Below are positions 40,130-54,174 of a DNA stretch of 64,000 bases, piece by piece (position 1 is the first letter of the stretch; the number at the start of each line of letters is the position of its first letter). Location: the NCBI GenBank assembly GCA_030141605.1, contig JAQGDQ010000094.1, positions 1-64,000 of the forward strand. Reading direction: 5' to 3'. A program made the position numbers and the translations under genes. The notes under the pieces were generated by a model. It did no database searches and was not told where the DNA came from. It saw only the letters and a program-made list of their open reading frames with translations. This DNA comes from Tubiluchus corallicola. Its lineage: Eukaryota; Animalia; Priapulida.

Positions 40130-41230
40130 TTCTATGAAACCACTATTTATATCTCTATTTTGTAGTTCATTTACAAATTGTGTACATTTTTCGTCATTTA
40201 CATACAATCAAAAATAATATGACTACTGTTTGGTTGTTGTTACCACAGGAACAACCGGTCGTTTTTAATGGACCTACTGTGTATAAGAAATAAACGGTCC
40301 ATGGCTTAGTAAAACACATTAATTCAAATTTTCTGTTCCTTCTGTCGGCAATAATATAGGTTTTGTCCATAAATGTGAAGGCTTTAACGCTCGTACTTCT
40401 ATTTGCTTGCCCATTTGTTTATTAGAAAATTTTTCACTTCCTGTCTATTATAATTGAACATGTACGGGGGAACTTCTTTGATGTCTGTCGTTCTGATATT
40501 AAACGTTTTGATATTCTTCAGAATTTTACCCACTGGTGCTAAATGTGAATTAAGGAATTTACTATTTCCTCTTTTCCGTTGTTCAGAGTTAATTTTAAAT
40601 ATGTTTTGCTTGACCTTATCTGTATCATTTTTGCTTAGTATTGTTATCATAAATTTTAAGCGAAGGCCTTGTAGTTCTAGCGAGACAATGCTTAACGGGA
40701 CAAGCCAACAGATGTATTCTAGTTTTTCTCTTCAGGGATGATACTTTGTTCTCGATGCTGTTTTCATGCTATCATATGCAAACATGATATAACAATAAAC
40801 ATGTTTTCCTCTCATCCACGAGACTGGTACATACATTATTACAGGTAGAATTAAGTGCATACTTTTTGTAGTGCTATGATTGTTACTAGACTAAGACCTT
40901 AGTAAGTACAACATTTTCTTTTTGTTAACAGCCATCTGTTCCAGGCTTTTCTTTTTGCTTCTTCTACGCGTTCACGAAAGTTTAACTTCTTATCTATTTT
41001 TAGTCCTAAAAATTTACTTCCTAAGGTCCACAAATTCAATGTTACTATTGTCTATTTTAAGCTTACCAAGCTGATTTAAGATGACATCGTCACACCCGAA
41101 TGGGATTACTTCTGTCTTGTCTTTTCCACAGTTTACTGGTAATCTCCACTGGTAACACCATTTGTACAGGGCATTACAGAACGTTTGTGCTAATTCATGG
41201 CAGGTTTCTGTAGAATCATTACTTACTAGC
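40130..41230 (-). mobile_element. Decayed LINE 3' half, related in style to the element at 19600-22450
   Basis: RT thumb-like YKWCYQWRLPVNCGKDKTEVI and KFLGLKIDKKLNF. Confidence 0.65.
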
Positions 41231-41340
41231 TACTGGGGAGGCTATATGACGGTTTATCTCATTTTCTTAGAAAATGACTTTTTCCACATTTAGAAAATGG
41301 TTTTGAACTGTTTCCATACGTAGCTTTTTGTTTCAGGAGG

Positions 41341-41367
41341 GGGGAGAGAGAGAGTGAGAGAGAGAGA

Positions 41368-41425
<58 letters not shown>

Positions 41426-41430
41426 GTGTG
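41341..41430. repeat. (GA)n microsatellite
   Basis: Seen directly. Confidence 0.98.
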
Positions 41431-41980
41431 GGAGGGAGGGTGTAGGGGTGGGCGAAGGCGAAGGTGAGGGTGGAGGGCAAGTGAAGGGAGCAAAGGGGAC
41501 AGAGAGAAAGAGAGAGTAGGATAGGGAGTGAGTGGGTGTGTGAGAGAGAATGAGATGTAGTGAGGGATGAGATGGATGTATTTAGCAGTGATTGCAGAGT
41601 AGTTCTAGGCTATAAGAATAATATGAAGTGGAATGACAAACGTCATTTGTGGTCACCGGGCCGAGGAAATTGCTTGGGTGACGTAAGTAGAACTGCTTGG
41701 TCCCCCAGATTCCTACTTTGTTCCTACTGTAAATTTCTACTCTGAACACATGCATAACTTTTTTCACAGAAGAGGGAGCAGCAGATCCGACGTACGATTT
41801 CCTTATCTTCCTCGACTTCGTCATACAGTAGTAGTGATAGTGAAATTACACGAGTAGTAACCACGCAATTTTGCATATTTCTTTTTTCCACGTAGTAAAT
41901 GTTTCTACGTACCCTTGTTTATGTTTGTGATGGTCGGTTACCACTCATCATTTTTGTCGCAACACCCATTTTGATGTATC

Positions 41981-43274
41981 TGTGATATGTGTGGTGTACC
42001 ACCTATGATATAGGATGCTTTCGTTACGACACCACAAACACTTTTTTGCTACTAATTTCCGATATGTACTGACACGTGGGTTCAGTGAATCTTTCCATTT
42101 AAGCATAGTTCACAGACATGTATTCCAAAATAGAACCAAACAAAACAGGTTTTAACATTACCGATAAATTCTGTGTTTAATGAGATAAGAACTAAGAACA
42201 ATTTACTTTAAATCAAAACAACAACAAACTTGTTATTATAATTACAAACGACGTTTCTAGATAACTTACGATGATCAGAAGACTAGTTAGCCCCAACCCA
42301 GGTGAGGGAGAAGGATGTAAGGTAAGTATACTTATCAGTTGTAGTGACTGCAGTCGGAAGCTGTCGGATTCAACGTTTGACGATCTCCATCACTCTGGAA
42401 GCTGGAATAACGTGACTAACCGGTTATGCAAACTTCGTGGAATCTTGAGCAGTTACTCTTCCAAAGCTCCAGCAGGGGATGGAATCTTACGTTGCCACTT
42501 CTACAATGCTTGTCAGGTGTACCGAAGTCGTAAGTGGTTACTTCACCAATCCTAGTGGAGTGCAGTGGAGTCCTGACCCGTGGAGCTCGTGGAACCACCA
42601 TTGGTACAACGTCTGGTCATAACCTGGTTGTTTCTGCACCGGATCTCCTGAACTTCCGTTTACAGCAGCACGTCGAATAACGAATAACAGCCAGTTTATT
42701 GGTGTTTCCGCCTCACGGCTCGAACACCTAACCCTTTGGTGTGTCAGTGCCCTTTAATAACTTTCTGTCGCCACAGTAATTAAGTCTTGACTTCGATTGT
42801 TAATAAATATTCGTCGGAAGCCATATTCGACGACTTCACTGGCCTAGCACGTTCGACACACTGTGTTGAACCTGGTTTCAATTTCTAGAACAGGTAAAAC
42901 TGGATGACCTTGTCCTTTAACACGACGATTCATTGGCTAGACAGCCGGTTCAGTTGAGCGTATGACCAATCACTTACTTTCTTGTAAAGGAGATCTAGGA
43001 CAGGTATGAGGTGGGACCCTTCCCAGAGCTAACTAGGTGCATGCTCATATATGTACAGTCAACTTGCTTTACTGTAGTAGGTAAATTCGCTTAATGAGTA
43101 ATTAACTAATGACTCATTCAATTAACATAAGCAATTAGCTAACTTAAGCTATTAATGCAGCCTAAGTATGGGACATACACAAAATCATACTAGAATACAG
43201 TTCAACTATATTAGAAGGGGTTGCAATGCTGTTCGGTAGTTCTTATATTCCAGACTGACGTCACGGACGTCACA
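41981..43274. mobile_element. Probable solo LTR (~1.3 kb)
   Basis: Termini are TGTGA...TCACA. The segment splits a repeat that is contiguous at 18318-18590. It has no coding capacity, and no clean TSD is visible. Confidence 0.6.
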
Positions 43275-43539
43275 CTGCCGTATGATGTTGTGTGCATAAT
43301 TAATGATGTAATTGCCTTATTGACTTATTGCACTGTTTATTTAAATATATATACGAGGCTGCTACCTGGAATTCAAATGCCAAGTGGCTTCAACCGGTTT
43401 TAGGATCTTACTACACGCGGTGATGGCTGAACACCAAGTTTGGTGTGAACTTGTCTTCAATGGGACTCGCATGCAGTGAAATGATTTGTGACAAAAACAA
43501 AGTTTGTTTGCTTTTGTCTACCCGATGTTTGCTTGATGG

Positions 43540-43900
43540 CACTGCCTTGACCTTCAAAGAGACAAATGCTTCGTAACCGTATTTCTACCTGCAAAACAGG
43601 GCACGAATTCTCGCTGGATTGTTAAAGTTTTGTCTGAACGACTGTGGAAGTAGTAGGCACATTCTTTGTTATGCAGAACACCAGCCAAGGGCCACATGAT
43701 CGGAGTATTACCTAGACTAACGGTCTGTTTGTTTGTTTGCACTAACGGTCCTGTTTGTATATCTGCAAAAAGACAAACTCCGGCTTTATTACGTGGAGTA
43801 TAAGGCAACCAGGAACGAGTTCAACCACAGAATTGTTGGAGCAATCTCGAGGTGTGGTCCATGCGAAGGCTGGATGGTGACAATTGACGTCTAAAATAAT
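43540..43900 (-). mobile_element. Possible hAT-type transposase N-terminal (TTF zinc-finger-like) remnant
   Basis: Broken frames give W-LNSF-WLPY....GVCLF...GPLV, resembling the ZMYM1/THAP12-type WL.YS...G.FC..C.LF...G.LV motif. Confidence 0.3.
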
Positions 43901-46377
43901 TTCAATCATTTTCGTTGACTGCCCAATCAGCGTTTCACACACCCCTGCAGCAGGTACGTTCGGGACATTTAGCGACAGCTCCTTCTAACACTGTTATGAA
44001 AAATGCTCAACTTTTCATGAGTTAGCGGAAGAAATATTAGCCTGGTTCTAGATTTTATTATTGTCAATTGAAATTGCAAGTGAATTAGCTGAAATATATA
44101 GTCTAGTTTCGTTTATAGGAAGAAATGCACAACGCTTACGTCTATGAGTTACTGATTAAACTATTTTGTAATCAAGAAAATACGCAGTTTAGTTTAGTTT
44201 ATGGCTTTGCAAGCTAAATAAAAACAACTATTTCATTAAATTTAAATAAGAGCAAAACAAAATGTTTTCTTTTCTGGCCAAGTTTTATAAACCTCAAAGA
44301 GATCTTTACAGTCAACAGTCAAAATTAATTCAGATGTGGTCACAACTTATATTACACCTCAATGTAATATTAGCTAATTTTACGCAATTTATCTGGGTAT
44401 AATCAATGTTAAAAGATACCATTGGAACTTATGTGACTCGGGCACTCAATATAAGGGTTGTCATTCATACAATCACCTTGCGTTTTTCATCTGTTTTAGT
44501 AACTTAGCTTAATAGTGGTGCTGCAACTACACAGTTTTCGCGATACGCGTAGGTTAGGTTTCACCTCGAACGCACAGCGCTTATTTGTTTGTTTATTTTT
44601 CCAAATTTTCTCTGTTCAAAACGTTACTGTGCCAAACGGGTTCAGTCACTGGAATCATCTGAGCAGGTACCTTCGCTTTTTCAATACATGTTGATGTACT
44701 AACCGAAAAGTATTAACACGTGAACAAGTTTTTCTGCTAAGTACGTCTAGTGTCTAGACAATCTTGTTTCATTGTGCCGTTGCTTTTATGCACGTTGTAC
44801 TTTTCCCACCTCAATAACCGTCTTGCAGCAAACCAGTCCGAGATCTGCAGCAATGTTCATCCAAATTTATTCCATTTTCGTAGCCTGACAAACGGAAAAA
44901 TACAAAAACGTAAGAAATTTATCAGAGCAGCACATGATCAATTAATATAGAAAAATACATCGCAGGCTTGATGTTCGTATGTTTAAAGGCAAGAGAGACT
45001 TAGTATTTTTGTTGCTCATTTATTGTAAAGCAAGGCTAACTGGCTTAGTTTTTTTATTATATTTACGTCTCTGTGTTTTGTAGTGCTTTGAAACTTCGTC
45101 TTTTCATTCTGTTTAAATTGAAAAGTCATTTTTTTGGCTACTTGAAGTGTTAATTTCGTGTTAATATAGCTGCTGCTCTGCAAATTTGTGTTTAACAAAA
45201 AGAGCGATCAGTTTATTTGCTGATTAGACATTTGTTGTGACTGTCATGTTATTTAGTTTAGTTTAGTTTAGCTTAGACAGTTGTTGTCCTGCTTGAGCTG
45301 TTGTCCCGAATGGTGGTTTTCGTGCTTACGTTGCAGCGGGGGCGGAGTGATAGACGTATATGTTTGACGTCAATTGGCGAGGAGCCGCTGACAAGGACAT
45401 AGCTGATTACTGAAGAGGTGCAGCTCGTATGGTATGGTCGAAGAGTATGGTTACTGGACACTGATATGGCAAACTGACAACAGGTTCTGATTTAGTATCC
45501 ATTCCATGAAAATTAAATTAATAACTAGGCTTGTAAAATAAAAACTTTTATTAACTACTACGACAATTCTATAAAATGATAAAAATATTTCAAATAAACT
45601 TGTATTGAAGTTGTTCAATAATTATTTACTGTCAAGATTTTAATCATTTAATCAGCGAGAACGCATTACTTTAATTATATGTGCAGTTGGGCTACGAAAA
45701 AACTAAACAAATGTTCTCTTATCATCCAACACCTTTTGTGTTACCCAAAAATTCACTTTATGAGAGAACAATGATTCGCCAAAATTAATCACAAAATGAA
45801 TAAGGTTCATACAAAACATATACGCGGAACGTGCGTTAGCAGTTCTATTCCACATCATTCACTGCTCCCACTAATTGAAAAACAAGGAGTGAGTATCATA
45901 TTGGCTTTATTGGACTGAAGTAACTTTTTTAATTGCATCTATCTCGATGTACAATTTGCGACAGCTAGAGCCGATGACTCTCTGAATTTTTGCTTGAATT
46001 GTATCTATTTTTTATGTGTATAAGAAAAAAATTATATTTTTTATACCAACAGGATTCACATGCATTTACAAGACGCCATTAGGGTACGTTTGTTTCACAT
46101 AATAAAAGCGTAACAAACCAAAACGAAATTTGTTTCTAAGTAGCCAATAGCCCAAAACTAAATGTTCTGACCGCTTTAGTAAAGCCACTAGGGTTATGAC
46201 GTTAATTATTGTATTGTCTTGTATAAACAAATACAAGGTAAGCCGTCTTCTCCGCATCTCTCAGAACACTAGTAAAGTGGGTCTAAAGTAGACCGCAAGA
46301 CGCTGATTTTCATCGCAGTTGCTGGCAAAATTATTTTACAAGCACAAATGAAAATTTTAGAACTAATTTATGTAGCG

Positions 46378-46627
46378 CTAAATAGTAACTGTTAACTGTA
46401 ACAAAAGCCACCAACTGGAAATAAATATAGCCGTTGCAGTACTTTGCGCACTGAGCTTCACTTTTGGCTTTGATTTCTTCTTTCCTTTCATGTCACGGTT
46501 AGACGGAGATGTTGGATCTAATGTGACACTAGGTTCTGGCTTAGTTTCTAAATCAGGAGTTGAGGGTACATCTTTTGGTGAACGAGGTTGATAGTGTTGC
46601 ACAGATGACCGACTGGTATTGTTATGT
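46378..46627 (-). CDS. Tandem GPR158/179-ectodomain protein, terminal exon (Pro/Ser stalk, basic patch, GPI-type signal)
   Basis: The acceptor tttttactgttccag| is phase 2. Encodes (R)HNNTSRSS...KGKKKSKPKVKLSAQSTATAIFISSWWLLLQLTVTI*. Confidence 0.72.
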
Positions 46628-46769
46628 CTGGAACAGTAAAAATAAACAACATGAATCACGTGCTTTTGGTTGACAACTTTTAACGTAACCTTTTTCTAAT
46701 ACCTGAAATCGAATTTTGTAGTTAAAATTTAGGCCAAATTAACAGTTACGGACAGATAAATATGCCCAG

Positions 46770-47245
46770 GCGGGCAACTACTTAGATGGCTGAACCCCTG
46801 CAAAAATTGACACAACTGCGCAGCGGACTGAGTGACTGTACTCCCGTGAAGTGCACAACTATTCAGCTGGTTTAACTGGCTGTATCACCTATAAAATGCA
46901 CAACTACTTAGCTGGATGTCCTCCTTACAAAATGCACAGCTTCTCAACTAGCGGGCACCCCTTGCTAGTGCATAGCTACTCTGTTTGCTGTATTTCATAC
47001 AAGAGTACAACTACTCAGCTGGCTGTGTCGGTTGCAAGTGCATAGCAGGTACTCATCTGGTTGTGTCCACTGCAAGAACACAAATATCTAGATTGCTGTA
47101 TACCTCGCAAATGTACAACTAGTCAGCTGGATGTATTCCTCGCAACTACACAACTGCTCAGCTGATTGTATCCCTTGTTACAGTAATTGCACAACTGCTC
47201 AGTCGATTGTGCCCCTGCAAGTGCACAAATACTCAGCTGGCTGTA
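46770..47245. repeat. Degenerate ~35-bp minisatellite (intronic)
   Basis: A unit close to gcacaactactcagctggctgtatcccctgcaagt repeats about a dozen times. Confidence 0.85.
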
Positions 47246-47639
47246 TAAATACTCAGGTGGGGGCACCCGTTGCTGCTGACTGCTGTCATTTTTTGTCTGG
47301 ATGAGGTGAACAAAGTTGATTTTTAGAAACATTCATTGTAAATATTTTTACAAAGTTTCAAGCACTATTGTTGTCTGTTGTTGTTCTGAAATGCAAACTA
47401 ACTGTGTTATGAAAAATAAGTTTATGGTTATTAATGGCACGGCGGTGGACCGTTTTGCTTTTGTAATGAATAGCTTGGTTACTGTTCCTCATTGTGTTAG
47501 TTATATATACCTGGGTTCCCCAGTTTCAGAGGATGGTAATTTTAATACTGTTCTGCAGATCAAGAGAGTGATAAGATTAAGCATGTAAATAAAGTTGATT
47601 GTGTACCCTTGCGCCGCATCACAGGTGCCTAGCTCACAA

Positions 47640-48720
47640 AGATTGACCATAGTGATTTTACAGGCGTTTTGTTTTTAGATCTAAAAAGGCATTTGATGTG
47701 CTAGATCACAAAATATCGTTAGACAAGTTGCAATGGTACGGAATCAGAGGCAAAGCTATTCAGTATCAGAATAGCTTTCATCTTGCTTAAATAATAGACA
47801 GCAGGTTGTGCAGTTTAATGGGGATTTAGGTAGGATATTTATTATCTAGTTTACCTAGGGTTCCATAGTACGACCCGTATTGCTCTTACTGCACATCAAC
47901 GATTTGCCTCAAAGGTTTGAACATTGTTCATTGGAAATGTATGCCGACGACAGCACGGCATACGTTAATAGTATTCATCAAATATTGGGGAAATTTAAAC
48001 CAAACTGCAAAACGATGCTAATATCATCAGTGAACATTATAACACGAAGACACTATAACACAAAAGCGGTAGCGTGCAATGCTCAAAAAGCACCCCTGCA
48101 GCCAATTCACTAGATCTCGATATAAAACTAAACGGCACCACACTAATGCAAGTTCTCACCGAAAACTAATAGATCTCTTAACTGATGACCGTCTCAACTG
48201 GCAGCACCAAATGACTAAACTTAGAGGTTTAATAGATCAAAAGGTGGGGATATTAAAAAAATTTCGTCCCCACACTAATGCTGCATTGGCAAAGCTACTT
48301 TAGAGTGCTACAGTACTGGCACAATTCACATACAGTTCCGAAATTGCTGAAATAAAAACAATTTAAAAAAACGTAATTAGCATACAAAAACGAGCGGCAA
48401 AAGTTATAACAGGTTTACAGCAGCAGAGTCCCTAAAATATGCTATAATTATCCACGTAGATAGATATGTCGACTACCATAAAACACTTCTGTTTCACCGA
48501 GCAGTTACTGATTGCAAAATGCCATCAATGTTGAAAGAAACAGTCAGAGAAAAATCATTTGTTACAAAACACAAGGCAAGCATTTGACGGGCAGTTGTGT
48601 TTAACTAAACCTAGAAGAGAATATGGTAAAGCAGCATTACAGAATAGTGGCGCCTTACTGTATAATCATGTAGATAAAGATTTGACATTCAAAGGGCACA
48701 AAGGCAATTATAAACGGCCC
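47640..48720 (+). mobile_element. Decayed CR1/L2-group LINE RT fragment
   Basis: Motifs FLDL-KAFDVLDHKI, LLHINDLP, MYADDSTAY, QKRAAKVI and SGALLYN. Confidence 0.85.
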
Positions 48721-49189
48721 AACTACCACCACCGCCACCACCACGTATTTGATTGTATAGTTTATTTAGGAGGTCAATAAAATTGTGTAACAATAACTAC
48801 GTGTAGAAAACTGTTTATGATAAATTCGTAAACTAAAGATTCTGCAATAAATACTGCAAGTGTAATTTAATGTACTAGAATGTTGTAAAATAATGTAATG
48901 TAGTGCATTGTGATATATTATATTATATTACTTTAAAGTAACGTGCTGTTTCGGTGAAACAGGAACTTGCCACATTCAGACCCGCAACCCAAAGGTCTTG
49001 GATCTGAAGGTCTCAATACTGTCGCGAAATTTAAGTAACAATATTACGTTAAAGTATGCATCAGAACTGTCTTAAAAGTTTAGTAATATGTACTTCCGCC
49101 TACGCTATAAAAGAAAATAACATAAAAAATAGCGTAATAGGACCTTTAAGCTTCTGCATTATGAACAAAATTGCAACTGCTGACTGTGA

Positions 49190-51265
49190 AAAACCTTTAC
49201 TGACTTGATTTTTGTCTTAAGATCATAATTTTACTATCGCTAAATCCTCTGTGCTTGATAACCAAGGAAATCCATTTTTTGCAATTAACTCCAAGCCTTA
49301 GGGAGCCACAAAGTTGAGCCACATAGTTGAGCCACAAAGGAAAAACCGATCAATGTTCAGTGTCCTTAACCCTCTGACCCGAGGTCAAAGGTCGCTATAC
49401 CAGTGTTAGTCAGCCTGTCTCGGGTGCCTACCCTGCAAGTTTCGTGATCCTAGCTCTTATATTTATAGAGATATTGACCAGACACCATTTTAGCACTTTC
49501 ACCTATGTCACATGACCTGGCCATGCCCACTTTTCGAAAAATACTTAATGCACATCAACTCTTACCCGGTTATCTATACATGCATAAACAGTGACTCATA
49601 GTCCTAGTGACCAAGTCAGTCGCCCTTATTTTCACATTTTGGGTCCAGCTGATGTGATCTTTGACCCAGAGGCCACCATTCCTACACGGTCCTATGGCTG
49701 CCTATGTTAGGTGCCTGCCCTGCAAATTCATGATTCTAGCTCTTACACTTATGGAGTTATTGACCTTTTGCCCATGGCACGTGATCACGTCAGGTTTTTC
49801 TCGAATAATACTTAATGCACATCTACACCTTCTCGGCTAACCCTACATTAAACATTGAGTCCTAGTCCAATGCTGTAAGAGGTATTCAGCGATCAAGCCG
49901 TTTGCCCCAATTTTCGCATTTTAGCTCCTATCTCAGGCCCTTAAAGAATCCCAGGTCTTTAAAACCACAGGTGCACATCTACCCCATAGTGCATAAATAC
50001 CTGTGAAAAAATTTGAATTTAACTCAATTCAGATTTAGGAGGAATGTTAGATGCTCGTCATCAGGTGTCTACCCTACAAGTTTTGTGACTCTAGTTGTTT
50101 CAGTTTTGAAGTTATTGCAGTTTCAAATTTGGAAAAATAAACGGTTGACTTCCAATAAGATTCTCTTATATGCAGAATCTTAAATATTAAGAATCTTTGC
50201 TGACTTGATATTTGCTTTAAGATCATAATTTTGCTATTACTGAATTCTCCGTGCTTTATTATCTAGCAAATGCATTTTCCTGCAACCCATTTTAACACTT
50301 TAGCCTATGTCATGTGACCTGGCCACGGCAACTTTTCGAAAAATCCTTAGTACACATCTATGTTCGACCGCCTACACATATGTCCAATAACATAATAGCC
50401 TTCTAATTCGATACGGTTAGTATTGTTGAGTGACAAAGTTCTCCCTAAGTTTCACATTTTGGGTCCTGCATCTGCTGCTGTGATTTTTTTCATCTAGAGG
50501 TCGCTATTCTTATACAGCTCTGTGGCTAGCTATGTTAGGTTTTCACCCTGCAAATTTCGTGATTCTAGGTCCTATACATATGGAGTTATTGACCAGATCC
50601 CAGTTTAAACTTTCGCCCATTTCATGTGACCATGCCACGCCCACTTTTCGAAAATCACTTAATGCACATCTACACTTATCCACCTAACCACACATGCATG
50701 ACATTGACTCCTAGTCCAATACTGTAAACGGAGTTGAGTGATAAAGCCATCTACTTTTGCCCCGTTACCCATACATGCAGAAACAGCGACTCATAGTCCA
50801 ATACTGTAAGAGGAGTTAAGTGACGAGGTCATGCGCCCTAATTTCCACATTTTGGGTCCACATCATTTGGTATATTACACGACACTGTTACTCGGAACTG
50901 GAAGTATTGGTGTCCCCGACCCCCTCGATTTTGGTTTTGCACCCAAAAGAAAAACTTTCCCCAACTCAAATGACTCATATTCAGCCGTGCACAACAACTC
51001 GACACCACCTAGCCACACACCGAAAATTGTGGCCCTAGCTGAAAAACTATATGAGGAGATCCAGCCTAACGAAAAAAGCAAAAAGCCCCGCCTGCTCTGT
51101 GAACTTTGACCCAGGGGTAACGGGTCATGTGTGAACATAAATCCCCCTGCTCGGGGAGTGCGCCCTGTGAGTTTCGTGCCCTGTCCGGGTGTGAGTTAGT
51201 GAAGAAAAAAACGTCACAAATAATAATAAAAATACAAACCAGGGGTAAATCCCGAAGGACTTAAT
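49190..51265 (+). mobile_element. Two head-to-tail Helentron/HINE-like non-autonomous elements with ~290-bp internal repeats
   Basis: The head ctgacttgat..ttaagatcataatttt is duplicated at ~49200 and ~50200. Units caa(g/a)tttcgtgat(c/t)ctag...cttttcgaaaa..cttaatgcacatc recur. A terminal hairpin aagattct..agaatctt lies at ~50157-50181. Confidence 0.6.
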
Positions 51266-51365
51266 TAATGGTTGATTTCTAGGAAGATTCTAATAACGGA
51301 TTCTAATATGCATTTTAATAACGGATTTTAATGTAATAAATTCGAAACAAACAGAAGACGCTAAC

Positions 51366-51561
51366 CTCGTAATAAATGGGTTCGTCAGACCAGGTAGTTT
51401 TGCTGGTGGCTGCGTCTTGTATCCAAAAGTAGTGAAATGTGGAACTGTAGTGGACTCTGGAAAGGACTTTGATATCCGAGTTGTTGGTTTCATCGTCGTA
51501 GTAGCTGTCGTTGTTGAAGTTGTCGTGATCATCGTGGATGATTGTTCCCTTAGAGGTTTAC
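51366..51561 (-). CDS. Tandem GPR158/179-ectodomain protein, Thr-rich mucin-like stalk exon
   Basis: Bounded by gaag| and AG|gttag, phase 1/2. Encodes KPLREQSSTMITTTSTTTATTTMKPTT...NPFIT(R). Confidence 0.75.
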
Positions 51562-53563
51562 CTTCAATAAAGTTACAATAGTTAAATTAATGTCTAATTA
51601 ATTAATAATACTCTCCAGTGTGCTCTATAAATGGCATGAAAGCACATCACTGGAACTGGGATTTACATTGAATTGTAGATTAAAAAATAATTAAGTAAGT
51701 ACTTTATCAGTCTATAAGTAAAAAACCGAATTGGAAATGTCCGTCTAGTGGGCGTCCAACATTTAAGATGCGCTACTTTAGCGGAATTAGCGTCAAACAG
51801 AGTAGTGTATACGCAATAAGTGTTTTAACTTATAATAAATGACTATAAATTATTATACATTGTAAATAATAAGTTTTGGTATTTTTAGCGTGATTTTCGC
51901 GCCAGGTTCGCCGAAAACTGTATACAAACTCTGATTAACTTTAAATTTTCGCAAAACCGATGTCGATTTCGTAGCTGGCAGGTGGCGCTGTTTGTGCTTA
52001 AACCATGTGTGGATCAATTGGTGATCTACCTAGTGGTTGTAACTAAAAAGTTTATAGCAATCCGGTTAATCCGGATCAACGTCAATTTAAATCTATGTGA
52101 GTTGTAAACTGCTTTTTCGATATTAAGCTTGATAACATAAATGATGTGTTAACCCGTATAGTAATAGTTAAGTGTGCAGTGTGTAGTAGTGTGCTGTTCA
52201 GTGTAGACTTCGATGAAGCAAGCGCGGAAATTGTGATTTATACAAAAAATGTAGGTACATTTATACAAAATACACAGTTATGCACGCGCACTATATTACG
52301 TGTATCTCCATTATTTATAGTCTAGGGTTAGGAATGCACGTGCACAGAGTGTACCATTTCCTAATTTGATAAGTTACAAATGGAATAGCTTCCATAATTT
52401 TCTACTGACTGGTTTGTTGGTATGTTGGCTAGTTGTACGCTTGGTCGTTTGCATGGTGGTTTGGCCCGGTTGTATGGTTGCTTGGGTGGTATGACCAATC
52501 AGCTACTTACTTTTATTTACGTTATTTTTTGTTCTCTCATGACTTTCCACACATCACTCCCTGCATTTAGCAACCAAGCAAAACATCAAAATACATTTTA
52601 TAAATTTATACACTAACACTGTTACCAACAAAATACAACACACGGTCCCTCACCAGGCTACCCAATATCACACCTGAGTCACTAGCTATCAACTTAACAA
52701 TAATCAATAATGCACGCACTTTCCACACAGTGTTCTGTTTTCAACGTTAAAAATTAGTAGTTGTTAAAGCGCCAGCTTAACAAATCTAAGAGTTATATTT
52801 TGCCGTGTCTCATCCAAATAGTGAAGTTTCTTTTAACGTGTACGTTTTGTCACGTGTACATGGCTTACCATTGGTTGTACATTGCTTTCCACTGCTTGTA
52901 AATTGCTTACTACTTACACTGTTTGTCACTTAGAAAATACTGTGCCTAGATCGAGAAGCCACAGTCATCATCTTCTTTTCATTGGAAAACAGAACTCGTA
53001 CATTTGAATGATGCTGGCTCATCGATTTCATTTTAAATTTTCTTATAATAATAGTACAACAAAAGCATCTTTATATAAAAATAAATTCGAGCATAAATGA
53101 GTACTATTTGGACTTGCACTTTTTTGTTGTTTGAGCTAATAATAATTCATCGGCAATCTTTATACTTTTATTAATATACTTACTAATAACCTAGCGCAAT
53201 ACCATCGACGTAAAAGATCCAAATTATAGGACAATGTCATTTAAAATACGGTAATGACCTATAGCCAAAATGTAGTCCTGGCGATAAAGTTGCGCTAGTT
53301 AAAAACACACAATCAGTTTCGGACCCAATTGTCAGCCGAATCATTCTTAAGACTTTGAAAAGTGATACCGCTGGTTTCCCCACTAAGCTCGGTAATATGT
53401 ATTTCGAATTAACGTGTGGATAATAATAAACGGAATCATCTTGCAAGCAAGCCCTTTTTACTAAAAAAATCCCACCATTTGCGCCATTAAATACATTCGG
53501 CATATTCTCCGGAGAAATCATTACTCAAAAAAACTTATTATATTATCATTTATCCATGTTTAC

Positions 53564-53768
53564 TTGTTGGGGCGGTGGTTTCACCAATACGACGGCATTT
53601 CAGTAATTCGTATGTGTTCCATTCTTCATTTTCCATTGCAGCATACTGTTCCTCTACATCGCCCCCATCAAAATCAGTCTTCCCGTCATCGTAGGGATAT
53701 TCATAACCTGCTTTGCAGACACACTTGTAACCTCCAGGCTTGAAACCCCATCCCGGTCTAAACATACA
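53564..53768 (-). CDS. Tandem GPR158/179-ectodomain protein, EGF-like exon of the last module (alternative phase-1 donor ends the exon at 53585)
   Basis: The acceptor ttcctag| is followed by CMFRPGWGFKPGGYKCVCKAGYEYP...FDGGDVE...LKCRRIG. Confidence 0.9.
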
Positions 53769-53900
53769 CTAGGAAAGTAATAAAAAAACACGAGCTGTAG
53801 TTAAGAATCAGCCAATAACTCACCCATCCTATACTAAACTGTTACAAAGTATACAGTCAATAATCCAATCCGCCTGCAGGTAGACAACCAAAAAATTAAC

Positions 53901-54030
53901 ATCCATCCATCCATCCATCCATTCATCCATCCATCCATCCATCCATCCATCCATCCATCCATCCATCCATCCATCCATCCATCCATCCATCCATCCATCC
54001 ATCCATCCATCCATCCATCCATCCATCCAT
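53901..54030. repeat. (CCAT)n microsatellite inside a 294-nt intron
   Basis: Seen directly. Confidence 0.98.
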
Positions 54031-54062
54031 CTATTTAACATGTAATCATGTTTGTCACTTAC

Positions 54063-54174
54063 AATTGTAGATTGAGCATCACAATGATGAGAATCAGCAA
54101 ACACGTTTGCAGAATCGCTATCACATTGATTAATGTCCAAAGCTTCTAGTTTTACGTCTGATCCTACCACACCC
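54063..54174 (-). CDS. Tandem GPR158/179-ectodomain protein exon (DINQC)
   Basis: Bounded by tttag| and |gtaagt, phase 2/0. Encodes [37 protein letters not shown]. Confidence 0.92.

Noticed and set aside
53237-53521. 94-aa ORF after the EGF exon as a candidate start of a 7TM region (also the ORF at 61154-61477)
   Set aside because: It has no series of hydrophobic helices, no class C 7TM motifs and no convincing splice path.
53829-54060. (MDGW)n ORF
   Set aside because: It is the translation of the intronic (GGAT)n microsatellite.
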